64,000 nt of DNA, taken from positions 1-64,000 of the forward strand of contig NIVC01001741.1 of assembly GCA_002269645.1 (NCBI GenBank). The letters run 5' to 3'. This DNA is from Macrostomum lignano (Eukaryota). This document shows, in pieces, positions 1-11,729 of this stretch (its first letter is position 1; each line of letters begins with the position of its first letter). The notes beneath the pieces are model-generated. The model worked only from the letters and a program-made list of their open reading frames with translations. It did not search any database and had not been told where the DNA came from. A program made the translations under genes and the position numbers.

Positions 1-129
1 TTGAATCCGCGCCTAGATTACAGACAGTAAACTATATACACAAGTCTAGCTGAATTTCCAATGCTCTAATGGAAAGCAAACTATACTAGCACTAAGAAGT
101 AATAGCTGCTTTCTTCTATAGTCTTTTCG

Positions 130-349
130 TAATAATAATTATTAATTACACCCAATGGGCAGGTGTGCAACCGACAGCTCAGCTGTTCAGTCCAAGGACT
201 GGGGGGTCGCCACACACATCCTCAATTACCCCAGGCACCCATTTTACAGCTGGGCGAACTGAGACAATCCAGAGTTGCGTGGATCAAGAATCGAACCCCG
301 GACCTTTCAAACGTGAGTCCGACGCTCTAGCCACTAGGCTGCAACCCGC
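130..349 (-). mobile_element. tRNA-derived CORE-type SINE, copy 1 (internal deletion)
   Basis: The minus strand reads an A-box-like CAGCCTAGTGG, a B-box GGTTCGATTC and a core CTCAGTTCGCCCAGCTGTAAAATGGGTG. It is similar to 7280-7550 and has an AT-rich tail. Confidence 0.7.
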
Positions 350-466
350 TCTTTTGATGATTAATTGTTCAGCTAATAGCACTAACATCAATCTATAGGG
401 ATGGATATTCCAACAAAAATCCCACACAAACCGTTAAATTCCCCCCCCTCAGGCTAACCAGCCAAC

Positions 467-780
467 TCACAGCTGATAGGCCAGCAGGCACTGTCGCCTG
501 CATCGGCGGCGAAGATCCGCCTGGTCAACGGCGGTCCAGCGCAATGCCCTGCAGGCAGTCGCCCGGACCGCCGATGCCACCGCCGCCGCCGCCGCCGCCA
601 AATCCGGCGACAACAAATCGACGCCGGCGTCGACCGTCCGACATGCCGGAGAACAGAAACTCGCCAACCGACGCAGAGCGGAGGCAGCCGACAGCGAGAA
701 TGCCGACGAGGCGGCCGATGATGCCGAGCCCGGCGACGAGTCCCAGCCTCCGCCTGCTGTACTGTTCTTCATCATCTTCA
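467..780 (-). CDS. Frameshifted continuation of the TRIM-NHL last exon (final NHL blade)
   Basis: Motif pieces lie in successive frames: an acidic run DEDDEE, then GDCLQGIALDRR, then TRRIFAADAGDS, then LLAYQL*. Confidence 0.55.
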
Positions 781-3700
781 TCCCTCCTCTTCTTCTTCGA
801 TTTCGATTTCGCCGTTCCGATTGTCGGCAGCTGCTGCTTCTGGTGTTGCAGTCGCCGGTTCCTCGCTGGCACCGACCGGCGGCGACCAGCTGTCCAAGTT
901 GAAGGCGTACAGGCAGCGGGTGAGCAGCGGCTCGAACACTTTGACCTGGCGGCTGGCGGCCAGGCTGACCAACACGTTGCCGTGCCGGTCGGAGCTCAGG
1001 TCGGCCGGCCGGCCGCCCACTGACAGGTGGCGGATTGCTCGCCTGTTGGGGGGGATATTCTGCGATGGTTAGCGATAGCAGATCCATAATTAGGAGTATG
1101 GAATGTATTAAGTACAGGTAGGTAGGCGGTGTGGTACTGAACTGTTACTGCGATGGGGGAATTGCTGAGATGTCAAGGCTTACTGGGGGAATTGCTGAGA
1201 TGTCAAGGCTTACTGGGGGAATTGCTGAGATGTCAAGGCTTACTGGGGGAATTGCTGAGATGTCAAGGCTTACTGGGGGAATTGCTGAGATGTCAAGGCT
1301 TACTGGGGGAATTGCTGAGACATCAATGCTTACTGGGGGAATTGCTGAGATGTCAAGGCTTACTGGGGGAATTGCTGAGATGTCAAGGCTTACTGGGGGA
1401 ATTGCTGGGATGTTAAGGCTAATGGGGCTTTGAGATGTTGAGGCTTATGGGAGGCAATTGCTGAGGTGTCAAGGCTGAGAGGTCAGGAGCTACATAAAGA
1501 AGCGTCCCAGAGTCACTTGTGTCGCCCAGAGTTTTTGCAGGTAAAGGTTTTACACCTTTTACACAGGTAAAATAGGAAAGAAGTGACTCTAGACGACTCC
1601 TAAAAAACGACAAGATGTAGCGGTTCCAAGTCGCCAAAAAGTCGTCTAATAGTCTATTTGAGGCCTGGAGCGACGCAAGGAACTCTGAGGCGATTCTATC
1701 ATGACTCTGGGGTCGCAGGGTCGTATCTGAGCTAACACTACGACTTATAGTCGACTTTTTCGGCTCTAGCTCTCCGACTCCGTCGCATTGCAGTCGTTTA
1801 ATTGAGTCGCTAAAAAGTCACAAGGGCCCCATAGAGTCGCTAGAGGGATCTACTGGGTCCTAAAAAAGGCTCAGAAGAAAAGGCGGCTCCCACAACCTGC
1901 TAGCCCGATCGAACAGGAACAGCCGCTCCGTGTCCCGATCCGACACCACCAAACCGGGCGCCGACGCCGACTCCGACCCAACTAGATCAGACTGGCAGGC
2001 GAGCACGCTGTGCAGGCCGGCAGTGAAGTCAGGATGCCGCAGGCAGCCGATCCGCCTGTAGCCGCTGTCCAGGCAGAAGATCTGCACCCTACAGTTGCCG
2101 CTGTCAACAACGTACAGCGCTTCGTTGTCGACGCACAACCCTAGAGGGCGTTGAAAATTTGGCTCGCCGTTCGACTCGCCAACGTCGTCCTGGCATAAAC
2201 TGTCGTCGCCGGCGTTGTCTGAGTCGCCATAGCAACCAAAGCTGGCGACCAGCCGGCCAGTGGCATGAAACGCCATAACCCGATTATTGGCCGAGTCAGT
2301 GGCAAAGATTCTCTGCCGATTATTGCAGACGGCGATGCGGCCGGGGCGGCAGCGACGCCGGCCGTGGCCGATAGCGGGTCCGGGCAGGCGGGGCGGCTGC
2401 AGTTGAAGGCAGCCCAGGCGGCGTATTCTCTGCCCAGCTTCGAATATGTGCAGCCGGCCAGTTGGGCCGCTGTAGTTCACCAGCAGAATGCCAGACTGAG
2501 GCAGCGGCTCGGAGCCGTCCTCGACACTTGGCGAAGCCGAAGCCGATGCTGCCGAGGCCGCCGACGATCTGACTAGCCGGCCGTTAAGCAGCCGCAGCCC
2601 GCTGACATTCTTCAATAAGCGGAGGCACCAGGGCCGGCGCGGTCTGGTTCGGTGATGCGCTATCGGTGCCAGGCGAACTGGCGCCAACGGGGCGCCGCTA
2701 GTTGAGGCGCGGGCCAAGGACTCGTAGGGCAGGGCGTACAGGCGAACTGTGAGCTCGTCCAGGCAGGCGTCCAGGCCGCGCTCGAGGTCCTCCTGCTGTG
2801 CGGGGCGGGGTGGGGACGTTGGTTTTTGATTCTGGGCATAACTCCATCTACCTCGAGTATAGCAGTACAGAATATAATTGATTGGGCTAATGATTTAGAG
2901 GGCCGGTCAGAGAGAATATTCTCAAAGAGGTTTTGAGGGCCGATCAGAGAAAATTCTCAAAGCGGTGTTGAGGGCCGATCAGAGACCATTCTCAAAGCGG
3001 TTTTGAGGGCCGATCAGAGACCATTCTCAAAGCGGTTTTGAGGGCCGATCAGAGACCATTCTCAAAGCGGTTTTGAGGGCCGATCAGAGACCATTCTCAA
3101 AGCGGTTTTGAGGGCCGATCAGAGACCATTCTCAAAGCGGTTTTGAGGGCCGATCAGAGACCATTCTCAAAGCGGTTTTGAGGGCCGATCAGAGACCATT
3201 CTCAAAGCGGTTTTGAGGGCCGATCAGAGACCATTCTCAAAGCGGTTTTGAGGGCCGATCAGAGACCATTCTCAAAGCGGTTTTGAGGGCCGATCAGAGA
3301 CCATTCTCAAAGCACTTGAGGGCCGATTAGAGTCCATTCTTAAAGCAGTTTTGAGGGCCGATTAGAGAGATATTTCTCAAAGCGGTTTTGAGGGCCGATC
3401 CGATAGACCATTCTAAGGCTGATTAGAAGCAATTCTCAAAGATACTTGGACGTAGATCCGATGCGATTTTCAACACGCTTTGAAACTGTGGGACTGTCTG
3501 AATGAGTTCTAGACTATCATCAACCTATAATTTAGCTGAACTCACCAAGCCAATGGGCTCTTCCACCCGCAGTGCCGGATGAAGCGAACGCGCCTCGGCC
3601 AGTTCGGCGGTCAGACGCGACTTCAACGTCAGCATCTCGGCGTAGCTAGCATCGATTGCGTCGCCGCCAACAGCGGCTGCAGCGGCCGTGACCGATTCCA

Positions 3701-4529
3701 GTCGGTGGACCAGGCCGGCCAGATGCTGGCGCCGATCCAAGCTGGCCTCGGCGGCCTGGCGAACCCGGACGCTGGCATCCTCCAGCCGGGCCTCGTAGGC
3801 GTCTAGACGAGCCGTCAGCCGGTCGGCCAGGGCTCGCCGGAGGTTGGGCAGGCGGAGCCGCATGTCGGTTAGCCGGCGCAGCGGACCGACACCGGCTGAT
3901 TCGTCCGAAGCGAAAGTGGCGCCGGCGGCAGCCACCTCGGCGGCGGAGGACCGCAGGCTGGCCAGCGCGGATTCGTGGTGGGCCCGGCAGGAGGCCACTC
4001 CGCAGTCGGTGCAGCGGACGGCTCGTCGACGCCAGCAGTCGGTGGATGCGGAGCAGCAGCCGTCGCTGCGATCGACGTCGCCAGGTGTCGGTAAAGAAGC
4101 GTCGACAGTCTGCTGCGGAGCTTTCACCAGCATCAGAGCTCGAACTAAGCACTCGGCCTGGCTGTCCGGTTTAACAGCGTCCGAGCCTGGCCGGAACTTC
4201 ACCCGACAGACCGGACACGCAACCCTGCGCTGCTGTTCAGCGGCCAGCGAGGACGGCGGCGCCAGCAAGAAGGCGAAGCCGCCGCCGATGCCGGTCTCGG
4301 TTGTGGCACATTTCCGACACAGTTTCTCGTAGCAACGCCGGCAGAATGCGTGACCGCACGCGACAAGGGCTACGGGCTCGGTGAAGATCTCTTTGCACAC
4401 CGGGCAGGTGCAGTCCTGAACTAGCTCCATCAGTTGAGGCGACGGCTCGGATTCAACAGCGGATGAGGAGGCCGGAGCGGCTGACAGCTCGCTGGGATCG
4501 GCCAGGCGGATTCGCTTGGCCTCCGACAT
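778..4529 (-). CDS. TRIM-NHL family protein (RING, degenerate B-box, coiled coil, NHL repeats), 3 exons, 715 aa as sequenced
   Basis: Exon 1 is 4529-3546, with RING CPVC..CGHAFCRRC..CPVC, a Cys/His cluster CTDC..C..HH and a helical region; donor GTGAG at 3545, phase 0. Exon 2 is 2795-1897 after a pyrimidine tract and CAG, with NHL motifs RIFATDSANNRVMAF and PLGLCVDNEALYVVDSGNCRVQIF; donor GTTGTG at 1896, phase 2. Exon 3 starts at 1042 (CAACAG acceptor) and reads RAIRHLSVGGRPADLSSDRHGNVLVS..VKVF to TGA at 780-778. All phases are compatible. Confidence 0.85.
1146..1430. repeat. 30-bp minisatellite (TRIM intron 2)
   Basis: Unit TACTGGGGGAATTGCTGAGATGTCAAGGCT, about 9 copies. Confidence 0.95.
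1506..1857. mobile_element. Possible CACTA/EnSpm-type non-autonomous remnant in TRIM intron 2
   Basis: CCCAG...CTGGG ends with many GTCG/CGAC subterminal motifs in both orientations. No TSD match. Confidence 0.3.
2897..3410. repeat. 35-bp minisatellite (TRIM intron 1)
   Basis: Unit GAGGGCCGATCAGAGACCATTCTCAAAGCGGTTTT, about 14 copies. Confidence 0.95.
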
Positions 4530-4709
4530 CGCCTACTTCTGTGTGCGAGTGTGAGCCGGCGCGATTGACAGGTCGATAGTGGGCTCGCGAATTTGCTGGA
4601 ATAACAACTAATGCGGCTTGCTGTTCAATAATTGAGACCGATTTCTGCTTACAAAAATAATACTGCATCTGTGGCTAACTAGTGTGACTAATTGACTAAA
4701 GTGTCCGCC

Positions 4710-5320
4710 ATATGACCAAAACTCGGGCAATGACCATTGCAGTGTCCACTGTATGACCAAACTCGGACAATGATCATTGCAGTGTCCACTGCATGACCAA
4801 ACTCGAACAATGATCATTGCAGTGTCCACTGTATGACCAAACTCGGACAATGATCATTGCAGTGTCTACTGTATGACCAAACTCGGAAAATGATCATTGC
4901 AGTGTCCACTGCATGACCAAACTCGGACAATGATCATTGCAGTGTCCACTGTATGACCAAACACGGACAATGATCATTGCAGTGTCCACTGCATGACCAA
5001 ACTCGGAAAATGATCATTGCAGTGTCTACTGTATGACCAAACTCGGAAAATGATCATTGCAGTGTCCACTACATGACCAAACTCGGACAATGATCATTGC
5101 AGTGTCCACTGTATGACCAAACTCGGAAAATGATCATTGCAGTGTCTACTGTATGACCAAACTCGGACAATGATCATTGCAGTGTCCACTGTATGACCAA
5201 ACACGGACAATGATCATTGCAGTGTCCACTGCATGACCAAACTCGGAAAATGATCACTGCAGTGTCCACTGCATGACCAAACTCGGAAAATGATCATTGC
5301 AGTGTCTACTGTATGACCGA
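4710..5320. repeat. 40-bp minisatellite between TRIM and COX4
   Basis: Unit AGTGTCCACTGTATGACCAAACTCGGACAATGATCATTGC, about 15 copies. Confidence 0.95.
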
Positions 5321-6051
5321 ATTCGGCAGAAGGCATCCTATAAGAACTATGTGCTCATAACAAAATCATTTGAAAAAAAATAGTCCAACTCCAAGCTTGC
5401 TACTTCGCAAATAAAAGGAACTGATAATTAATTTTCCCACTTTCATCAACGAGATGGCTGACCTGCAAGAACACATCAGTTTATATTTCTTTGATCTTAA
5501 ATAATTGATTATTTTGTGTAGGCATCAGATTGAGACGGGGGGGGCTGAAAGGTATTAAGAACACGTGGTGCGATTATTATTTTATTTGAATTTTCTGAAG
5601 TTGGACACGAGGCACCTGTGCGGACGAGTGAATGCGAAATTCTAATTAAAGCTAAGTAAAACTTTATATAGACGACCTAAAAAGAAGCAGAAGAGGACCA
5701 GAAAAAAAGAGATAGGCTAGAGCACAACACAACAAAGTGGTTGGTTACAGTGACTTTCTTAAAAAAAAACTTATTGTCAAACTTCGACAAACTAGCGTTA
5801 GAGGAGTTTCAAATGGATTCTAAATTTTAAAAATCTAAACGCACTACAAGAAATTTACTGTATCAAATTCATATTTTAAGCGCAGATTGCAGATTGGTTA
5901 GTAGAGCTAAGAAACGGGGTTTTAGTCTAATTTTGCAATTATTTAGAAATCTATCCCAATCCAAATCTTCCCAGGCTAAAAAGTACATTTTAAAGCGGTC
6001 ATTTATTAATAATTGTTTTCCAATATTGGGACAATACGGCAATGGCAAAGA

Positions 6052-7207
6052 TTACTCCTTCCACCGGTTGTTCTCGTAGTCCCACTTGGAGCTGACGCCT
6101 TGCACGGGATTGAATCCGATCATGATCTGCTTCCACATCGAGCGCATCATCCATTCTTCATCGAAGCTTTTCGGGAAGGCAGGGGTGAATACCTTCTTGA
6201 TGAAGAGCATGGTTAGGGAGGCGCCGCTGAACACTAGCATGAGAATACCGATGGACAGCTTCCAGCGTCCGGTGGGAGCCTCCAGCTCGGTAAAGGTGTA
6301 CCGGAAGGAGTGGCTGCAGTGAAGACGGGGAGTTGACCGGGTTTTTTAGGGCGATTCCTATGGGGCTTATCTCTGAGCTGTCTAAGGGCGATTCCTATGG
6401 GGCTTATCTCTGAGCTGTCTAAGGGCGATTCCTATGGGGCTTATCTCTGAGCTGTCTAAGGGCGATTCCTATGGGGCTTATCTCTGAGCTGTCTAAGGGC
6501 GATTCCTATGGGGCTTATCTCTGAGCTGTCTAAGGGCGATTCCTATGGGGCTTATCTCTGAGCTGTCTAAGGGCGATTCCTATGGGGCTGATGATCTCTG
6601 AGCTGTCTAAGGGCGATTCCTATGGGGCTTATCTCTGAGCTGTCTAAGGGCGATTCCTATGGGGCTTATCTCTGAGCTGTCTAAGGGCGATTCCTATGGG
6701 GCTTATCTCTGAGCTGTCTAAGGGCGATTCCTATGGGGCTGGGGCTGCTCCCTGAGCTGTCTAGGGGCGATTCCTATGGGGCTGGGGCTGCTCCCTGAGC
6801 TGTCTAGGGGCGATTCCTGTGGGGCTGATGATCTCTGAGCTGCCTACTCACCGATACAGCTTCTTCTTGTCTTCAATGCTCAGATTCTTCCAGTCGCCTT
6901 TCTCCTTCTGTCGCAACGCCTCGTACGCGCTGTCCCATTCGCGAAAGCGGATAGCCGGATAGGGGAACATGAGGCAGTCGAAATAGTTGGGCATGCCGCC
7001 GCGGCCGTGCCCGACCCATTCGCGCCGGCCAACCTGCGGGTAGCTGGACAGTTGGCCATTGGAGATGACAGACTCCATCTCCTTGCTGGTGTAGCCGGGT
7101 GGCACAGGCGCAGTGGAGGCGGCGGAGCCGTAGCCGCGGGCGGTCACGCCGAGGCCTGGTTGGCTAAGGCGAGCAACAGATTTGCAGAGGCGCAGCGAGG
7201 CGAGCAT
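6052..7207 (-). CDS. COX4: Cytochrome c oxidase subunit 4, 2 exons, 205 aa
   Basis: Exon 1 is 7207-6852, with a presequence-like N-terminus, VGRREWVGHG, YPAIRFRE and LRQKEKGDWKNLSIEDKKKLYR; donor GTGAGT at 6851, phase 2. Exon 2 is 6313-6052 (CTGCAG acceptor) and encodes HSFRYTFTE, one transmembrane segment and NPVQGVSSKWDYENNRWKE*. Confidence 0.96.
6348..6842. repeat. 37-bp minisatellite filling the COX4 intron
   Basis: Unit GGGCGATTCCTATGGGGCTTATCTCTGAGCTGTCTAA, about 13 copies. Confidence 0.95.
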
Positions 7208-7279
7208 TTTTTAGCTTGGCTGGAGTGGCGGGGAGGTTATATAAATTATATAGGGCTCGTTATTTTGCCTGTTTGCCTG

Positions 7280-7550
7280 GCCCAAATGGCCAGATGTGCA
7301 ACCGACAGCTCAGCCGCAGATATTGCGCGGCGCATCTGAAGGCTGCGTACGGCTGTTTAGCCCAACTGGGGAGTCGCCACACACCATCAATTACCCCAGC
7401 TAGTGCTGGCACCCATTTTACAGCTGGGTGAACTGAAGCAATGCAGAGTTAACTGTCAAGTGTTCAAGGACACACATTGTTCCAGTAGGATCGGGAATCG
7501 AACCCCTGACCTTTCAGGTGGAAGTCCAAGGCTACTAGACTACAATCTCC
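7280..7550 (-). mobile_element. tRNA-derived CORE-type SINE, copy 2
   Basis: The minus strand has a B-box GGGTTCGATTCCC (7505-7493) followed by TGTGTGTCCTTGAACAC..GTTAACTC..CTTCAGTTCACCCAGCTGTAAAATGGGTG (7476-7410), which resembles the MIR-type CORE domain. Confidence 0.75.
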
Positions 7551-9815
7551 TACCCTTTGCTTATCATCAAATGTAAAAATTTAATAAGAAAAATACTTGA
7601 ACAATTGCTTAATATGAACCCTTAACAGGATGCCAATATGCCACCTGGGGTCTCAATAAAAGATGCAAAAATCAAAGCTGGTGTGTCTAAATTTGTCAAA
7701 ACACAATAATCCAAAATCAGAAGCTAAGATGTTGAGGCCATTCATTTTTGCCATACACAGCATTCGAAATTTACTAATGAATTAATAGCTTATGAATGTA
7801 TATTTATATATATATAAATACAACATAATTTTTTTGTTTTTTAATGACTAAAAAACATCTCAAATATTTTATTTGTTAACATTGCTAACTTTGCTAACCA
7901 AATAGATTTAGGCTAAACTGCCTTTGTTTAACTTTAAAGTAATAGCTTTATATTTATTGATTTATTTTAACTGGCAATGACAATAGCAAATTTGGTATTT
8001 AAATGTTTTAGATTTATCTAAAAACTTTTATGGAGCTAAATGTATTATATATTTTATTGATAGTAAATTAATATATGCTCTTTTTATATTTCCTATTTAT
8101 GATTTATTTATTATTTTGATTTTCTATTATTGGATTTTTTATTTAGATTATCCCCTATACTACATAGCTGTCATATTATACTGTGACCTTGTAACATGGG
8201 GCTGCATATTTTGTTGTTGTTTTGTGCCACATTAGAAACAATGCTAAGCACATGCCAGAATAAAAAACGAAATTGCCAATCATGTTAAAATGATGGAACA
8301 TTTCTAACATACATTGCTCATTGGCACAATTATGAATGTCTTTACTTTCAACCTTCTATTGTAGATCTTACTCTGTTGGCAACAAGATTTTAGTAACAAA
8401 ATGTGTTTTACTGGCTATCTTCTATTAGTAAACTATTTACTTGCTCTTAAAGGCAAAGAACTTCTAAAATTAAAGCCACACATCTAAATATCAAGATAAG
8501 ATACTAGTGTACATCATGTTTTGCCAATTAAAGTTGCATCTATATGTATTTTAATGAACAAGAATGAGTATCAATGCAGCATTTTACTTGTGTTCCATTA
8601 TTTACTAAAGAACTATTCATATATCTATTATCTAGTGCTTAGCCATAGCTTGGGCTTATGGCATACTGGTTAATGGTCTAGTCAGTGGGCCAGTAAATGC
8701 ACCAAACAATAGGCTGGTGAGTAGGCCAAGTAGTAAGCTGAGCAATGGGCCAATAAGCAGGCCAACCAATGGGCCAATGAGCAAGCTAACCAATAGCCAG
8801 TCAACCATATGTATATATGACCATATGTATATATGCTAGTAATATCAACCATATTACTAGCTAGCTATGTTATGACTTGGCCTATGATTACAAATAGATA
8901 GGCCTAGAAGGGGAAGGAGCTAGTACCTATTGTTATAAAGGGTTGATAGTCATTTTGTCTATTACTCTTTTGTCTACAAAATTACAATAGAATCATTTTG
9001 TCTACCAACAAAATATTGAGTACAATGTCAGTCTAATCATGGAAATCTAGATTGTATATCTTTAAAAAACTTAAAAGTAAAGATAATGAACTTTAAAGTT
9101 TAAAGTTTAAAATGTACAAGTATATCTAAAAATATTATTTTAAGACCCAACAAAGTATGACTTGATTTATATATGTAAGTATATAATTTGAAGTTAAGTT
9201 TAAATAAACTTCAATAAGACAACAAAAGCACTATTATCATTGGATTGAGATGGGGCCAGGGATCAAAAGAATGTTCACAATCATATTTAACTACAAACTA
9301 CTTAATCTTCTGATTTACTAATGACTCTAACTGACTATCACAAAAGTTTTTTTAATGGATGTTTAAATTAAATATAATATTTCTTTGAAATATTGTATTA
9401 ACAATATTACGCATGCAAAAAAGATGTCAGATAATAACTCTTTACAAGACTTGCAATATCTTAAAATAAAAAATAGATTTATGATTTATAAAGTGATATT
9501 TTACTTTTTCTGTTTAAAAAGTCATTTTGTCTGCTAACAGACAAAAAGGCAGCAGACAAAATGACTGCACATCCTATAAAGTTTCAAAAATAATTTTAGA
9601 GCTATATTAAAATATGTAAATATAAATAAATATTTATAAATGATCAAAAATAGGCCTAGTTCTTTAGAAATAGGCCTTACACTTAAGTCTAAAGAATTTA
9701 GATAATTCTAGCCCTAATTCAAGCTTATTTAGCCTTAGGTCTAGCCAATTGTAAATATTAAATATAATCTAGGATATTAGATTACATCCAGATATTATTA
9801 GGCCTAGGTCCTAAG

Positions 9816-10448
9816 CCATAGTCAGGAAGGTGTCCAGTGTACGCCGAAATGAAAATTAAGAAAAAATGTTGTGTACGCCAAAATTGAAAAGCCCTAAAAA
9901 AGCGCTTTTTGACGTACGCCAAAATTGAATAGCCCAAAAAAGTGTATGCCAAAATTGAGGACCCAAAAAAACGCTGCAATTTACAGATTTAAAATTCACG
10001 TATTAATTATTATTATTATTATTATTAATTAATTATTAATTAATTATTGTACAGAATTAGTTAATAAGTTAAAATAAATAACTGACTTACACAAACTTTA
10101 GTAAAGTTTTGTTAACAATAAATCAGATTCAAAATTTACGTAATTTCAGCGTTTTAGAGATGAAAATAGATTTACCAATTCACTAAAATTGAACGATATA
10201 CAATACTTTGTCGAAGTAATTGGGTTGTTTGCAGGTTTTTTAAACGTTTGTTCTTATGCCAATCACATGCAAATATTGTAGGCCGATTTTTGGACAGATT
10301 TTTGCATGCGAAAACTGTGTTGTGTATGCCAAGAACTCTGTACGCCATTTTTCGGACCGCGTGTACGCGAAACTGTATGCCATTTTTTTTGGGGGGGGGC
10401 TGATGTACGCCGGAAAATTCCAGCGTACGGACACCTTCCTGACTATGG
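9816..10448. mobile_element. MITE with 20-bp perfect terminal inverted repeats
   Basis: TIR CCATAGTCAGGAAGGTGTCC at 9816-9835, with its reverse complement at 10429-10448. GTCCTAAG flanks it directly at 9808-9815 and 10449-10456. GTACGCC subterminal repeats occur at both ends. Confidence 0.88.
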
Positions 10449-10500
10449 GTCCTAAGCAGATTTTTTTCAATAAGAATTATAATATTAAATTAGGCCTAAG

Positions 10501-11279
10501 TAGGGGACCCAAATCCCAGAAATTTTACAATCTTGGGATCCCAGACAAAAAATTGACCCAATCCCAAGATCCTAGGCTAATCCTGGGATTGAACAAACAA
10601 ATTTATGGGAAGCTTTCCCATTGTCCACAAAACAATTTCTCAACCAAATTGAGCAACATTTGGGTTTCTGCTTTTTATTTCTAGCTTATACAAGTAGAAC
10701 TGCATTGATAAAATAGTTGAAGTTATATGTAGTTATTAGTTGTACATACATACTAAACTACATCCTTTCCTCTTAGATTAGGACCATATACACTGCGCTA
10801 GTGCCTCTTTCTACCCCCAACACAGACTATCTCTCATACACACACAGACACAGACTCAGAACCTAGTCCACACCCACCTCCATTTTCCCTTTCCCTTCCT
10901 TAGCTATGCTATGCCTATGCATATGCACTGTGGCGGGGCCCAGGCCAGTGGGCCCAGTGTCCAGTCCAGGCCATTGCCACTTAGACAGTGAAAGTCTAGA
11001 CTAGAGTCAGACCCCTTAGTCTAGTGACTAGTAGGGCCTAGTGCTTGATACAGTTGATTGATAGTCCTACTGTCCTTCATTCTATAACTTCATTTTCAGG
11101 ATGCAAAAATTCTCTCAAAACTTTTAAGTGCTAACTGCAAGACAAAAAATAGGCCCTATTCACTTCTGCAAAGTGTAAATTCCAATCCCATGTTTACTGG
11201 GATCCTGGACCCCTAATCCTGGGATCCCAAACACTAACAAAAAGCCAGGATCCCGGGGATCCTGGGATTGGGACCCATA
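10501..11279. mobile_element. hAT-like MITE
   Basis: Imperfect TIRs TAGGGGACCCAAATCCCAG and CTGGGATTGGGACCCATA. An 8-bp duplication GGCCTAAG lies at 10493-10500 and 11280-11287. GGGATCC subterminal repeats are present. Confidence 0.7.
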
Positions 11280-11729
11280 GGCCTAAGTAGATTAGTAGAA
11301 ATTTGTTATTTAAGGTAATATCAAAAATAAAAAATCTGGGCCAAATAGGGCGAAAAATCTAACTGATTAGGCAGCTAAAAAACAATTAGTTTAGGTTATA
11401 GGTTGGCTCAGTAAACCTTTCGAGTAGAGCTGGTAGCTGGCTGCTCTAAGTCTAAGTAAAACTGCATATTTTCAAATAAAAGATATTAGGCCTATTCTTC
11501 TAGCTAGGCCCCTATAACAATAATGGTATAAAAACCTTAAGTAAGACAATAATATTAGGCCTAACTAACTAAATTGAAGCAACTAACTTAAAGACATAGG
11601 TATATCAGTCTACACTCTACAGTTACAGCTATGTAAAATTTTTATTAAACGATTAAAAGTAAAGTAGGACGAACGAACGAACCAAGCCCGTTATAAATTT
11701 ATTAATTCCGTCGAAATTCTTAACACATT

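Noticed and set aside
544-1072. Plus-strand Pro/Arg-rich ORFs over the TRIM last exon; likewise those over 2265-4332, 7007-7339, 14100-15046 and 21706-22955
   Set aside because: They are antisense shadows of GC-rich coding exons.
7615-8946. Possible piggyBac-like element (AACCCTTAAC...AAAGGGTTGA)
   Set aside because: No TTAA target sites, and the inverted match is only partial.
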